Shown here: one piece after another, positions 37,652 through 47,461 of the stretch | Layout: each line of letters opens with the position of its first letter | Numbering within the stretch: position 1 is the stretch's first letter | DNA from: Escherichia phage vB_EcoM_PHB05 | Sequence record: NC_052652.1 | Length of the DNA: 64,000 bases | Direction: 5' to 3' (one strand) | Position numbers and translations under genes: made by a program | The notes under the pieces: generated by a model | The model's database searches: none | Seen by the model: the letters and a program-made list of their open reading frames with translations, nothing else | Told to the model about the DNA's origin: nothing

Positions 37652-38682
37652 TGTTCCTCCTGCTCTGAAATATATGCTTGTAGCATACTTTCAAAAGTTG
37701 TTTCATCATTCGCCCAACGTTTCATATATACCAACTGAAAAATTGTCTCTATCCATTCGTCAGTTGTCATCTCTACTTCTTCACCATCCCAAGAAGTAAA
37801 TTTAACGCCATCTGGGAACCATTCATAATACTGATCTTTAACTGTCTGAAAAAGTTCAGCCTGTGTTTTACATTTGGAAATAAGATTAAAGCAAGTAATA
37901 TCTCCAAACTTAACATCGAAATCTTGGTAAGGTCGAATACTATCTGTCTTATCGCCCATTAACATTTGATAAGCTAACCAGTAACTACCCCAACCCTTAA
38001 TTTCTTTTTTCTTACCTTTTTCTACGATCCAGATATCACCGATAGATTCATCAATCAGAATAATGCAAGGATTTTTATAAACACCATCCTCTTTATAAAA
38101 GTTAAAGAGTAAACTTGGTGTGTGCAAGCTATCTTTGTCGATAGATGCTACAATATGAGAAAACTTACCAGTTTCCTTGTAGGCTTTATACCCTGCATAT
38201 CCATAGATTTCTAAAGCATCATCTGCCTCAATACCAGTAACAACGTCACCGTTATGTTTTTCAACTAGATAATCTTTAGTATCTGATAAATGGATTGGTC
38301 TTAAATCTGATCGTTCTGATTTATATTCTTTTGGCATTTTGAAAGAATGCCGGAAGGTTTTTCCTACCCCGATGACACCGCAATACTTTTGAAGTTTTAG
38401 GTGATCCATCATCTGGGTTATTTTTGTCTTTGCAGCTTGAAACGTAAAAGAAATATTATCTGGAACTATTTGAACGTCTTTTATTTCAAAATCTTCTCTA
38501 GAGAACAACTTCTTACCAGCAGCTTCGCGTTGCGCGTTAAGTGCTCCTAGCCATCCTCCAATATTTTTTGAAGATTTACCCCAAAAGTCTGTTCTTGTTT
38601 CAAACTCTTTTACATTACCGGAAGCCTTATGTACAGCGTGGATTTTTCTTTGTTCTAAAGCTGAAGATGCTTGGAACGCCAC
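37648..38682 (-). CDS. putative 5'-3' exonuclease / flap endonuclease-like
   Basis: GIEADDALEIYG matches G(Y/I)EADD motif of 5' nucleases; assignment tentative. Confidence 0.5.
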   Translation of the reverse strand: MAFQASSALEQRKIHAVHKASGNVKEFETRTDFWGKSSKNIGGWLGALNAQREAAGKKLFSREDFEIKDVQIVPDNISFTFQAAKTKITQMMDHLKLQKYCGVIGVGKTFRHSFKMPKEYKSERSDLRPIHLSDTKDYLVEKHNGDVVTGIEADDALEIYGYAGYKAYKETGKFSHIVASIDKDSLHTPSLLFNFYKEDGVYKNPCIILIDESIGDIWIVEKGKKKEIKGWGSYWLAYQMLMGDKTDSIRPYQDFDVKFGDITCFNLISKCKTQAELFQTVKDQYYEWFPDGVKFTSWDGEEVEMTTDEWIETIFQLVYMKRWANDETTFESMLQAYISEQEEH

Positions 38683-38774
38683 TTGATCGTAGTCTATTGC
38701 AAGAATTGTGTTCTCGTCAACATATTTGTGCAGGTCTTCCGGTTGGATTAAAATGTAACCGCTAATATTACCTC

Positions 38775-38987
38775 CTATTCATCATCTGAACTCTCTGTTG
38801 AGAATGTTCGTGTGTAGGGACACTGACGACTTGCAGAAACCTCTATAACCTTGTCGTACATACCGTTAGAGTAAAAACAGTATTTTGTACTTCCAGAAAC
38901 TTGTTCTCCAGAATTAATTAAAGTTATTTGACCAGCATAAGAATAAGAACTGATTACTAAAAGTAAACCGACAAGAAGTTTTTTCAT
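38775..38987 (-). CDS. small secreted protein
   Basis: N-terminal signal peptide MKKLLVGLLLVISSYSYA. Confidence 0.5.
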   Translation of the reverse strand: MKKLLVGLLLVISSYSYAGQITLINSGEQVSGSTKYCFYSNGMYDKVIEVSASRQCPYTRTFSTESSDDE

Positions 38988-39061
38988 GGTGTGTCTCCTT
39001 AAAAGCCCACCTAACTAAGTAGGTAGGCATATTAACACATATTAAATTAGTAAGTCAAGTA

Positions 39062-39967
39062 TTATTTTTGAATAGTTGACTTGATAAGGTCTTGCATAAT
39101 ACCACGGATTTCGTTAAAGCACAGAAGGACAGATGCTTCAAAAGATCCTTCTTCATCATTAAAGTATTTAGGGAATTTAATACCACTCAACTTAAATTCT
39201 TTATCAACAATAAAGTTAACGAAACCGTCATATTCCAGGCCAATGGCAACAACGTGCTTACCATCTTCCATAAGTTCTACTGCACGAGATTCATAAAGGG
39301 ACTCTTTACTCCATACAACCACACCTTCCGAATCTTCAAGTTTAATATAATTACCCAGGGTCAGTCGTTCAGCCTCATGTTCTTCTAAGATGGTATCAAA
39401 ACCTTTAATAATGGCTTCTTCGTGTACACTAAACGGCAGAACTGGGAAAGTACCCAACACCTCACGAAGAAATACAGCAATATCTTCACTAATTTTCTTA
39501 GTACCATTAAGAACATAGGTAATACTGTTTTCAGTGTCTACAACAACATAGTTATAGAAATCATCTGCCTCTGTTTCTGGGAGCAGAGAAAACACAATAT
39601 CAGCCTCAATTGCTTTTTTGCTTTCTTTGTCCAAGAAGAACTCTTTAGTAGGATTTGCAGCAATAAACTCTTGTTCCATCTCCTGGAGTTTTTCATTAAG
39701 AATGCGTTTAACTTTCTTCTTATTAACTTTCTTAACAGACTGCCCTACTTTAATAACCTCTAAACCAGAGAACACTTTTACATAGGAACCATCATCTTCA
39801 AAACGAACAAGACCAATGGTATGTGCTTGTTGCCCCTGTGCCACAACAAAATCCAGCGGTTTGTCTGTTACTGTGTTCAGTGCTGAAATAGACAGACCAT
39901 CACCAGAAATCAGGGTTACGCAAGATTTGAAATTTTTAGCAAACATAGTTTTCTCCTCAAATAACAA
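39062..39967 (-). CDS. RdgC-like recombination-associated protein
   Basis: About 300 aa; blocks LLP, VVVDTEN, G.FPVLPF and basic-linker region parallel E. coli RdgC. Confidence 0.55.
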   Translation of the reverse strand: MLFEEKTMFAKNFKSCVTLISGDGLSISALNTVTDKPLDFVVAQGQQAHTIGLVRFEDDGSYVKVFSGLEVIKVGQSVKKVNKKKVKRILNEKLQEMEQEFIAANPTKEFFLDKESKKAIEADIVFSLLPETEADDFYNYVVVDTENSITYVLNGTKKISEDIAVFLREVLGTFPVLPFSVHEEAIIKGFDTILEEHEAERLTLGNYIKLEDSEGVVVWSKESLYESRAVELMEDGKHVVAIGLEYDGFVNFIVDKEFKLSGIKFPKYFNDEEGSFEASVLLCFNEIRGIMQDLIKSTIQK

Positions 39968-40235
39968 CTACAAAATATTTTACACCATCATATTCGACAA
40001 TATGATCAGGATATTTAAATCCTTTATAAGATTTACCAAACAGACTAACAGCTTCATTAGCTTTGTTTTGCGGATTACTCAACCACTGTTCTTCTGTGTA
40101 AAACTTAAATTCTGTTCTCTTACCTTCTTTTTCTAAACCAACAATTTCCTGTGTGATATCTTCAATACCTGCATTCTTCAAGGATTTGATCACCTGACGC
40201 AAACCGTGTTTAAAGATATCTTCTGCTGTTAACAT
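39957..40235 (-). CDS. hypothetical protein
   Basis: 92-aa ORF. Confidence 0.45.
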   Translation of the reverse strand: MLTAEDIFKHGLRQVIKSLKNAGIEDITQEIVGLEKEGKRTEFKFYTEEQWLSNPQNKANEAVSLFGKSYKGFKYPDHIVEYDGVKYFVVVI

Positions 40236-40245
40236 AATACCTCCA

Positions 40246-40268
40246 ATAAGCCCCCGAAGGGGCTTTAT
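40246..40268 (-). terminator. intergenic hairpin
   Basis: AAGCCCC-CGAA-GGGGCTT hairpin between - strand genes. Confidence 0.4.
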
Positions 40269-40271
40269 TTC

Positions 40272-40994
40272 TTAAGCAATGATTGCTGCGATATTAGGTT
40301 TAACAAAGGTAGATGGCTTCATAATTTTACCTTTGTCATCAAAGAATACGTATACCTTTTGAACTTCGTTATATACAGCATGTACTCCAGTATAAGAACC
40401 TTCTGCACGATCTTTGCTTCGCATCTCGATAGCATCACACTCTTTTTCAAGAGCTTCAACAATATCCTTAGTTTCCCAAATAGCCAGGAGTTGCTTCTTG
40501 GTAGGATACTTGGACTCATTGCTATTCAACACTTCACGCATAACCTTCTTCTCGTTATAAACAGAACGCACCAAAGTATCTCGTGCCATACGTGTAAGTG
40601 TAAGAGACATTAGGGCAAATTGCAAGTCATTTTCTACCATTTTATCAAATTCAATGATAACATCGTAAATGTTTTCTGCCAGAACATCTCCTGTCGGCAT
40701 TTCCAGAGCTTTATCAACACCTTCTTTACCAAAGAACATAAACGCCAAGTAGGATGCTACCACAAAAATATCTGCTGCTGCATCAAGTAATTCAACGTGA
40801 TCATTTTCCTGCGCTGCTGCTTGGAACTCTTTTAGTTCTTCTCGTACAAAAGAAAGTTGAGCTTCAAACATCTCTTGAGTAAATTCTGGAGTCACTCCAC
40901 CACGTGCCTTAGCATTCCAAGCAACAATTTGATCGGCAGCTTTGATAAAGAAGCTATTGTCCACTTTTACTTGTTTGAAAAAATTCTCGATCAT
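40272..40994 (-). CDS. MazG-like nucleotide pyrophosphohydrolase (tentative)
   Basis: EELKE ... ELLDAAAD spacing resembles MazG E..E...E..D metal-binding motif. Confidence 0.4.
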   Translation of the reverse strand: MIENFFKQVKVDNSFFIKAADQIVAWNAKARGGVTPEFTQEMFEAQLSFVREELKEFQAAAQENDHVELLDAAADIFVVASYLAFMFFGKEGVDKALEMPTGDVLAENIYDVIIEFDKMVENDLQFALMSLTLTRMARDTLVRSVYNEKKVMREVLNSNESKYPTKKQLLAIWETKDIVEALEKECDAIEMRSKDRAEGSYTGVHAVYNEVQKVYVFFDDKGKIMKPSTFVKPNIAAIIA

Positions 40995-41192
40995 TGTTTC
41001 TCCTTATTTAAAATATTGTTCTAACAAAACACTAATGCGAACTACCGATTCGCCCATATACGCCCCAGCACAGAGGAAAACAACAAATCTACAAAAATTG
41101 CAGTACCATTTGTTCACTGGAAACGAGGCTAACATTATAATTGCAATAGCAATTAACATCATAAGAAATGTTACTAATACCATATTTACCTC

Positions 41193-42308
41193 TTACTCTG
41201 CTGGTTCCCAAGTACCTGGAATCATCTTACGTACACGTACACCTGTTGGTTTAGTAGGTATTCCACCATCGGAAAACTCTTCATACTCAATCTCAACAAA
41301 TTTACCAATTAACATTTCGGCATTTTCTGCTTTACGATAGTTAATGGTTTCATCTGAATCCTTACGCATCAGGAATTCGACTACTTTACCATTTTCCATC
41401 TCGCCTGTCAATACCCCGTCACCATTTTTATCACGTTTTGCACTTACCACCTTAACTTCAAGCGTCTGCCGTGGTTTACGTTTAATAACATCATAAGAAC
41501 GTTTATCAAACTCGTAAACACCTTGTGCATTACGATAAACAACACCTTCAGCTTTCTCACGCAGAGCTTTTGCATAGAACGCATCAAACTGCTCTTGGTT
41601 TTCAATGTACTCTGTATGCACTACACAAATAAGTTCATCTAAACCTTTATCTTCAACAACTTCTTTTAGAGCAGCCAAAACTTCAACCCTCTTCTCAAAT
41701 GGTACAGATGGTACAGGAACATCATATACATAGTATTTAAGAAGCGGAGTGTTAGCATTATGCTTTTTCCACGCACTATTAATTTGTTGAAGGCTAAGGA
41801 CACCCAAACCAGCAAAAACTTCACCGTCAAGAGGATGACCAACTACTTCTTTAATGAAGGTTGGAATTTCTTTCCAGTGAGGTGGAAGTTTATATACTTC
41901 CCCAGCTTTAGATAAGCATTCACCTTGCATGTTAATCATTGAACGTAGACCATTCAATTTATACTGTGCATAACCTGGGAACAAAACACGATCAGCATAA
42001 TCTTTATAATCCTGACATTTCATGGGCGTGGAAGGAACATGGTTTTCAGCTTCCTCTTTTGTTTTATAGTACCCATTCTTAAGTTGTTTTGTCCATTTGG
42101 CAAGAGCTTCTATTTCAGCTTGTTCTTCTGCTGTTGTTTCATTTGAGCGACCAATATTTTTAGGTTCTGCCGTATAAGATTTGCTAGTAATCTTTCCACC
42201 TAATTGACCATGAGCAACAGTTACAACACTACCTTCGGTATAGACTGACCACTGTTTAATTTTACCTGTAGAAGTTTTACCATATAGTGTAGGATTAGTT
42301 TGTTTCAT
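41193..42308 (-). CDS. ATP-dependent DNA ligase
   Basis: Start refined to ATG 42308 (GGAGG RBS); motif I KLNGLR, EGVVYR, KxK blocks. Confidence 0.8.
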   Translation of the reverse strand: MKQTNPTLYGKTSTGKIKQWSVYTEGSVVTVAHGQLGGKITSKSYTAEPKNIGRSNETTAEEQAEIEALAKWTKQLKNGYYKTKEEAENHVPSTPMKCQDYKDYADRVLFPGYAQYKLNGLRSMINMQGECLSKAGEVYKLPPHWKEIPTFIKEVVGHPLDGEVFAGLGVLSLQQINSAWKKHNANTPLLKYYVYDVPVPSVPFEKRVEVLAALKEVVEDKGLDELICVVHTEYIENQEQFDAFYAKALREKAEGVVYRNAQGVYEFDKRSYDVIKRKPRQTLEVKVVSAKRDKNGDGVLTGEMENGKVVEFLMRKDSDETINYRKAENAEMLIGKFVEIEYEEFSDGGIPTKPTGVRVRKMIPGTWEPAE

Positions 42309-42498
42309 CTTTAACCTCCAGTTGCGAAAGAACCCATTTAGCCATTTCAATTTCACCGTGTAGTCTGCCTAGTTCATAGGCATCATCAATATTACCACCA
42401 GTGTAATCATCCACCATAAAGTAAGGATCTTCACTACTGTTAGGTGCGTTTGCAATTCTCGTTAGTTCTTCAATAAATGTCATAGTTACCCTTACCAA
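42295..42498 (-). CDS. hypothetical protein
   Basis: 67-aa ORF. Confidence 0.4.
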   Translation of the reverse strand: MVRVTMTFIEELTRIANAPNSSEDPYFMVDDYTGGNIDDAYELGRLHGEIEMAKWVLSQLEVKDETN

Positions 42499-42716
42499 TT
42501 ATACACAAGAGTTTGAATCTCTTCCATCAAGTCTTCAAGATCTGTATCAACGTATTCAGAAGATGTTGCCATAAAGTATGTAATCATTGTGAACCCTTCC
42601 GAAGAAAGGGCATCAAGGATATCATTAAACATATCTTCCATTTCAGTATTCTCACCAAATGAGAATAACATTTGTTGATCTTCGCTTACACCTTTAACAT
42701 AGATAGCTGTACTCAT
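42492..42716 (-). CDS. hypothetical acidic protein
   Basis: 74-aa ORF. Confidence 0.4.
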   Translation of the reverse strand: MSTAIYVKGVSEDQQMLFSFGENTEMEDMFNDILDALSSEGFTMITYFMATSSEYVDTDLEDLMEEIQTLVYNW

Positions 42717-42719
42717 ATA

Positions 42720-43040
42720 TTAATCCTTAAGACGTTCATTTAAATCTGCAATAACATCACCTAAATCTTCACATTCCAGTGTTAACTCTGAAACTTGTCC
42801 ACTCAAATAACAAACTTCTTCATTTAAATCTGAAATAATGTTTTCTAATGAATCTACTTGGTCATCATACGAACGTTTTGTTTCTTCAAGTTCTTCCGTA
42901 AGATCATTAATCAAACGGAGCAAAGATAAGATATAGCCGTCTCCTGTCTCGTTCCTCCACTCACTTCCGTAGCGATAAATAATAATTTCACCATTATCGA
43001 CTACTGTAAAATACTTACCTTCACCAGAATAAATTTCCAT
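42720..43040 (-). CDS. hypothetical protein
   Basis: 106-aa ORF. Confidence 0.45.
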   Translation of the reverse strand: MEIYSGEGKYFTVVDNGEIIIYRYGSEWRNETGDGYILSLLRLINDLTEELEETKRSYDDQVDSLENIISDLNEEVCYLSGQVSELTLECEDLGDVIADLNERLKD

Positions 43041-43049
43041 ACACTCTCC

Positions 43050-43454
43050 TTATTGTAGCTTAAGTGAACTGCGAAGACGTTTCTCTTGCTGATCACGAAT
43101 ATGTTGTGGAACCTCATGAATTGAGTCGTTACCGTGCCTATTTTCAACAACTAAGGAGATAACTTGATAACCAAACTCTTCAGCAAGAGTTAAATAAGGT
43201 TTAAGTTCTTTCTCTGTGGTTGAAGTGTTAGAGACAATAATCTTTTTAATATTAGATGCCATAGCATCACGAACAATACTCTGACACCATGCGTGTGCTT
43301 TACCTACATTCTCTGGCTTCCAATCGTAAACACCACTTTCTGTGTAATGATATTGATCTGCCTCACAGATAGGCCAATAACCTTCAGAAATAATTTCTGC
43401 TACTGTAGATTTACCTGCACCTGAAACACCACGTAAAATGATAAGTTGTTTCAT
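43050..43454 (-). CDS. P-loop kinase, polynucleotide 5'-kinase-like
   Basis: MKQLIILRGVSGAGKST Walker A at N-terminus, about 134 aa like T4 Pnk kinase domain. Confidence 0.6.
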   Translation of the reverse strand: MKQLIILRGVSGAGKSTVAEIISEGYWPICEADQYHYTESGVYDWKPENVGKAHAWCQSIVRDAMASNIKKIIVSNTSTTEKELKPYLTLAEEFGYQVISLVVENRHGNDSIHEVPQHIRDQQEKRLRSSLKLQ

Positions 43455-44387
43455 TTAGCCTCCAAAGAAGTTTTCTATTTCTTTACGTCGCTCTTGTGGA
43501 TCTAAAGCAGCCCATTGAGTCTTAGTAAAGTTGTTTCGAAGCCATTCTAGCAAAGTATAATATTCTTCGTCAACAATTTGTTTAGCATTTTTTGGGTTGT
43601 CCCAAATCATATCCCACTTCTTATTGCCACCACGCATAAGGAATTTCTTAGCAAGATAATATGGTGACTTAATCTTTAACAGCAAGTTAAACGGATAGTT
43701 TGTTTCCCGAACAACAAACCCTTCGTGCTTACAATGTTTAGACATTTCAACAACATCTGAAAATTTAATCATCGGATAAACTTCAGGACGTTTAAATTTT
43801 GTAATAGATGCAATCCCATCAAGCACACCTTCGGGTAGCATGAAACTTGTCCCATCAAGATTTTGAATTCTTGCTCCAATTAAGTATGCGCCTGGTTCTT
43901 CTTCGACAATATGTGGATCAGAAGGATCACAGATTTCAAAAAGGAAAGTTGCTTTTGCACTTTCTGTCCACTTAATGAAATATTCTATGTCATCACACTC
44001 GGAAACAATATGGTTCTTGGCAAGAGTTGCAAAATCTGACTCTAGGCTCCCTGTTGTTGATACAATAAGTTGCCCTTTGTACACACCTACAGATGCCATA
44101 AAACCGTTTACTTTACGGACAGCATCTACAAGCTGGTCTGCTGGAAGATCTGTACCATTCTCAAAACGATTAAAGATTTTAGTAAAAGGCCAGATAACAA
44201 CATTGTCTTCTGAGTCAACAACCAACCCACGACAATCTAGGAGTCGTTTGTCAACGTTCCACAAGTTATCCCAGAATACATTGTTTTTGTATTTAAGTAC
44301 AGCAAGACCAGCATACTCTCCAGATTTAACTTCTTTTTTATGCACTAAACCTTTTGCAATCAGGTCATCACAATTGAACTTAGCCAC
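43455..44387 (-). CDS. covalent nucleotidyltransferase ligase (RNA-ligase-like)
   Basis: Motif I KVNGF, motif III FLFEI, motif IV EGFVVRE, motif V LLLKIK in canonical order. Confidence 0.6.
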   Translation of the reverse strand: MAKFNCDDLIAKGLVHKKEVKSGEYAGLAVLKYKNNVFWDNLWNVDKRLLDCRGLVVDSEDNVVIWPFTKIFNRFENGTDLPADQLVDAVRKVNGFMASVGVYKGQLIVSTTGSLESDFATLAKNHIVSECDDIEYFIKWTESAKATFLFEICDPSDPHIVEEEPGAYLIGARIQNLDGTSFMLPEGVLDGIASITKFKRPEVYPMIKFSDVVEMSKHCKHEGFVVRETNYPFNLLLKIKSPYYLAKKFLMRGGNKKWDMIWDNPKNAKQIVDEEYYTLLEWLRNNFTKTQWAALDPQERRKEIENFFGG

Positions 44388-44388
44388 C

Positions 44389-44940
44389 TTAATCTCCTTT
44401 GATTATCTTATGATGGTCTACAACAACAATATCACGCTTATCCATAATAGAGATGATTTCGTCAAAATGCAAGATTTTTCCGTGTGCATCCCAACCAACA
44501 TCCAACATTTTCCCATACAAATGATCAGGGAATGATCCGTGAGAGTGCCCGTGTAGCATGATTGATCCATGCCCTTGTTTATTCCAAGCAGCCATAGGGT
44601 AATGACTTAAGACGAAGAACAGTTTCTGATATTTCACTTCGTCATAATACACCACCTCGCCATATTCTGCAAGCACTTCTCGGTGTTTGCTGTAATCATG
44701 GTTCCCAACACAGTAAGTGATATCACCTTGAAGACGTGAAGCAATTTTACGGGTATCTTCTTCAGTCCCGAAACAGAAGTCGCCCAAATGCCACATCTTG
44801 ACACCAGGACTCGTAGCACATTTATTCCATGCTTCAATCAGTGCTTCTGTCATATGCTCCATATCTTCCCACGGGCGATATTCAGGAGCAAACTCTCGAA
44901 TACGTTTGTGCATAAAATGCAAATCACTTGTAATAAACAT
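44389..44940 (-). CDS. calcineurin-like metallophosphoesterase
   Basis: SDLHF, GDF, GNHD, GHSH motifs. Confidence 0.8.
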   Translation of the reverse strand: MFITSDLHFMHKRIREFAPEYRPWEDMEHMTEALIEAWNKCATSPGVKMWHLGDFCFGTEEDTRKIASRLQGDITYCVGNHDYSKHREVLAEYGEVVYYDEVKYQKLFFVLSHYPMAAWNKQGHGSIMLHGHSHGSFPDHLYGKMLDVGWDAHGKILHFDEIISIMDKRDIVVVDHHKIIKGD

Positions 44941-45344
44941 TAGTATAATCCCTCGCTGAATAGTTCACTGTCGTGACCATTTCTTTCATAGTTAATTTGT
45001 TTGGCGTTATCTGCAATGATATAAGCATCTTTGCGACTCCACCAATTATAATATTGATCAATAAACCCTTGATTATCAGGTAAGCAAAACAGTTTATCGA
45101 TCAATCCTGCATCTTTTAAAACATTAAGTTGTGCAGATAGTACAGGATTTGCATGCCTAACACAAGGAATAATTAACTCTTCGCCATTGTTGAGAATATA
45201 CTTATTCGCAGCGCAGACTATAACACGTTGAGCATAGTGATCCTCACCAATCCAAGTAAGAGGTTGGTAACAAATATCATGTTGATTAGTAGCGCACATC
45301 AATTTTCTACATACTCTTCGTCTGTATGTATATCGTAAAAGCAA
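44940..45344 (-). CDS. hypothetical protein
   Basis: 134-aa ORF; start uncertain. Confidence 0.45.
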   Translation of the reverse strand: MLLRYTYRRRVCRKLMCATNQHDICYQPLTWIGEDHYAQRVIVCAANKYILNNGEELIIPCVRHANPVLSAQLNVLKDAGLIDKLFCLPDNQGFIDQYYNWWSRKDAYIIADNAKQINYERNGHDSELFSEGLY

Positions 45345-45454
45345 TCTTCAAAAGTTGCAAGTGCTTTTTCTACATCGGGCCAATGGTTAGTGTGTTTGTA
45401 TATATAAAACCCATCCCCTTCATCTACCCAAATAACATAAAGCATAACACCTCC

Positions 45455-45829
45455 TTAATAGTTAACACGTTTAATTTCAACACCATAGGATGAAATAAAA
45501 TTTTCCTTGGCTAACATATATTTACCAGCAGCAGAAGGATTTGATGTATGAACATAGATAGTTTTAAGAGCATCCCATTCACCCGCGTACAACATACATT
45601 CTACGTCTAAGAACGCATGATATCCTTCTTGATCTTCTCCAAGATCATTATCGAAGTGTATCTCTGAGATATTATTGAAATTATCTTCATCTGAAACAAA
45701 AGATAACCAATCCTCAAAAGATTTTAACCAAATGGCATCCTCATAACCATAATCTTTAGGATCTCTTAAATCGTCTAACCAAAGAATTTTAGCCACTATC
45801 AACCCCCTTCCTGTTTCTCTTCTTTCCAA
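45455..45829 (-). CDS. hypothetical protein (receiver-domain-like residue spacing)
   Basis: ILWLDD ... HFDNDLG ... VHTSNP ... K spacing loosely resembles CheY-like fold. Confidence 0.4.
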   Translation of the reverse strand: MERRETGRGLIVAKILWLDDLRDPKDYGYEDAIWLKSFEDWLSFVSDEDNFNNISEIHFDNDLGEDQEGYHAFLDVECMLYAGEWDALKTIYVHTSNPSAAGKYMLAKENFISSYGVEIKRVNY

Positions 45830-45990
45830 GTTTTACCATTATCTACCAACTTCTTAGAAACAGCAAATCTTTCTCCATTGATATAAAACAAATAAAGAAT
45901 AAAGGATTTTCCTATAGTTACAGTATCTACTACTTTTACACGCTTCACACCTTGCATGTATTTGGCTTTACCTGAATAAATAAGGAACAT
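45799..45990 (-). CDS. hypothetical protein
   Basis: 63-aa ORF. Confidence 0.35.
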   Translation of the reverse strand: MFLIYSGKAKYMQGVKRVKVVDTVTIGKSFILYLFYINGERFAVSKKLVDNGKTWKEEKQEGG

Positions 45991-46268
45991 TACTTATTCC
46001 TTTTGTTGTTGATCACATCTAAAGCTGTGTAAGGTTTGTTTGTACCGCTGTATTCAAGAATAATTGGTACATATTCATAGACCAACTCAAAAGTACCATA
46101 CATAGAATCTGCAACTGAAATAAGCATTTCAGTGCCTTTGTCGTTCTTAATTAATGAAAATCTTGCCCCTGGTTTATTGAGCACTTCATATTTCTTACCT
46201 GCTGTCAGCAAACCTGAATACCATTCATTTTGCACAACAGACAAACACTTCAGATAAGTTTTTCTCAT
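45990..46268 (-). CDS. hypothetical protein
   Basis: 92-aa ORF. Confidence 0.45.
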   Translation of the reverse strand: MRKTYLKCLSVVQNEWYSGLLTAGKKYEVLNKPGARFSLIKNDKGTEMLISVADSMYGTFELVYEYVPIILEYSGTNKPYTALDVINNKRNK

Positions 46269-46606
46269 TTCTTTTTGCTCCTTCTTTTAGGCTTCTCGTA
46301 TAAACCTAACACAGCCGATTCTTTTGCGCAAATAGGAACTGACTTCATTCCTCGTTTTTTAGCTTCTGGTAGATTCAAAACCCACCAGCCAAACCAGTAC
46401 AATTCATCTTCTGTGAAAGGATCTGCCATAGGATCTGCATCCCGTTCTTCAAATTTAGCAAGAGCTTCTTCTATCTTTTCTATTGGAGTATCAAAGACAA
46501 AAGCCTCTGTGTCAAATTTTTGTTTCTTAGGAGCGGCTTTTGCCGCCCCATCTTTAGATGCGCGCTTTGTTACGGATCGCTTCTTCGGTGTTTTCGCCAT
46601 CAACAA
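46265..46606 (-). CDS. hypothetical protein with basic N- and C-terminal tails
   Basis: Lys/Arg/Ala-rich N-terminus (AKTPKKRSVTKRASKDGAAKAAPKK), possible DNA binding. Confidence 0.45.
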   Translation of the reverse strand: MLMAKTPKKRSVTKRASKDGAAKAAPKKQKFDTEAFVFDTPIEKIEEALAKFEERDADPMADPFTEDELYWFGWWVLNLPEAKKRGMKSVPICAKESAVLGLYEKPKRRSKKK

Positions 46607-46793
46607 CCTCCATGCGGTGTAAGAAATCTTGCTGGAATCGCCAATACTGTTGACCAGTCCTTACATCTTCGTAGATCACAACAGGATCAAATACTTTAGA
46701 TACACCCGCTGGTTTAGGAAAGCCAACTACACGATATAAACCGCCTTTGCTAATACAAGAATATGTTACATCAGTTAAAATTTCTTTTTTCAT
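46554..46793 (-). CDS. hypothetical protein
   Basis: 79-aa ORF. Confidence 0.4.
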   Translation of the reverse strand: MKKEILTDVTYSCISKGGLYRVVGFPKPAGVSKVFDPVVIYEDVRTGQQYWRFQQDFLHRMEVVDGENTEEAIRNKARI

Positions 46794-46987
46794 TTCTTAA
46801 TAAACTCCAATACAGGTACGTGATCAGCAGTTAAAGTTACACAATTGTAACTTACCTTTTCAACTTCAGAGAATGCTTCAACCCATAGCAAGAAATTCTC
46901 TTTAGCTTCTTCATAATTCAATGTTGACTTAACAACATGGAACTCACCAAGGATTACTCTATAGATTGTTTGCATAGTTTGATTCAT
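46790..46987 (-). CDS. hypothetical protein
   Basis: 65-aa ORF. Confidence 0.4.
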   Translation of the reverse strand: MNQTMQTIYRVILGEFHVVKSTLNYEEAKENFLLWVEAFSEVEKVSYNCVTLTADHVPVLEFIKK

Positions 46988-47053
46988 TTATTTTTCCTTT
47001 GTTTAAAATGTGTTAAACAATCGCAAATGCTTGTTACGCACTTTGTGATCCCA

Positions 47054-47461
47054 CTAATTAACGTCAGCACTATGATTGTTGAGAGTATAGGATACTCCAT
47101 CGCCCAAGTCAACATGAATCTCAACTCCTAACTGTCTTTCTAATGGTAAACGTTTTGAGAATTGATAATTACAAAGTTTACAGTCTAAGTCAAGCAACTC
47201 ATGTTTGCTTAAACCTGCAACGATAACTTTGCTTCCGACTGTCCACTCAATGCCTTCAAAGTTATCTTTTCTTTTCAAAATGTCAAGTAAGAAGATGATT
47301 TGTTGCCATTCCGTAGATAAGTCTTCTTCATAGAAGGCAGAACAAAAAGTTTTATCATCGTAGAAAGCATACATTATGCCTCCATCTATTGTTTCACTTC
47401 TAACGTAACGTGTGACCCTCATTATTCCCTCCTGTATAGCTCTGTAACGAGCTAATAGCAC
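47054..47461 (-). CDS. hypothetical protein (first gene of - strand block)
   Basis: 135-aa ORF adjacent to divergent intergenic region. Confidence 0.5.
   Translation of the reverse strand: MLLARYRAIQEGIMRVTRYVRSETIDGGIMYAFYDDKTFCSAFYEEDLSTEWQQIIFLLDILKRKDNFEGIEWTVGSKVIVAGLSKHELLDLDCKLCNYQFSKRLPLERQLGVEIHVDLGDGVSYTLNNHSADVN

Noticed and set aside
43975-44535. 186-aa + strand ORF antisense to the ligase/phosphoesterase genes
   Set aside because: Fully embedded antisense to two motif-bearing genes in a uniformly - strand block; low-complexity Ser/Thr-rich translation.
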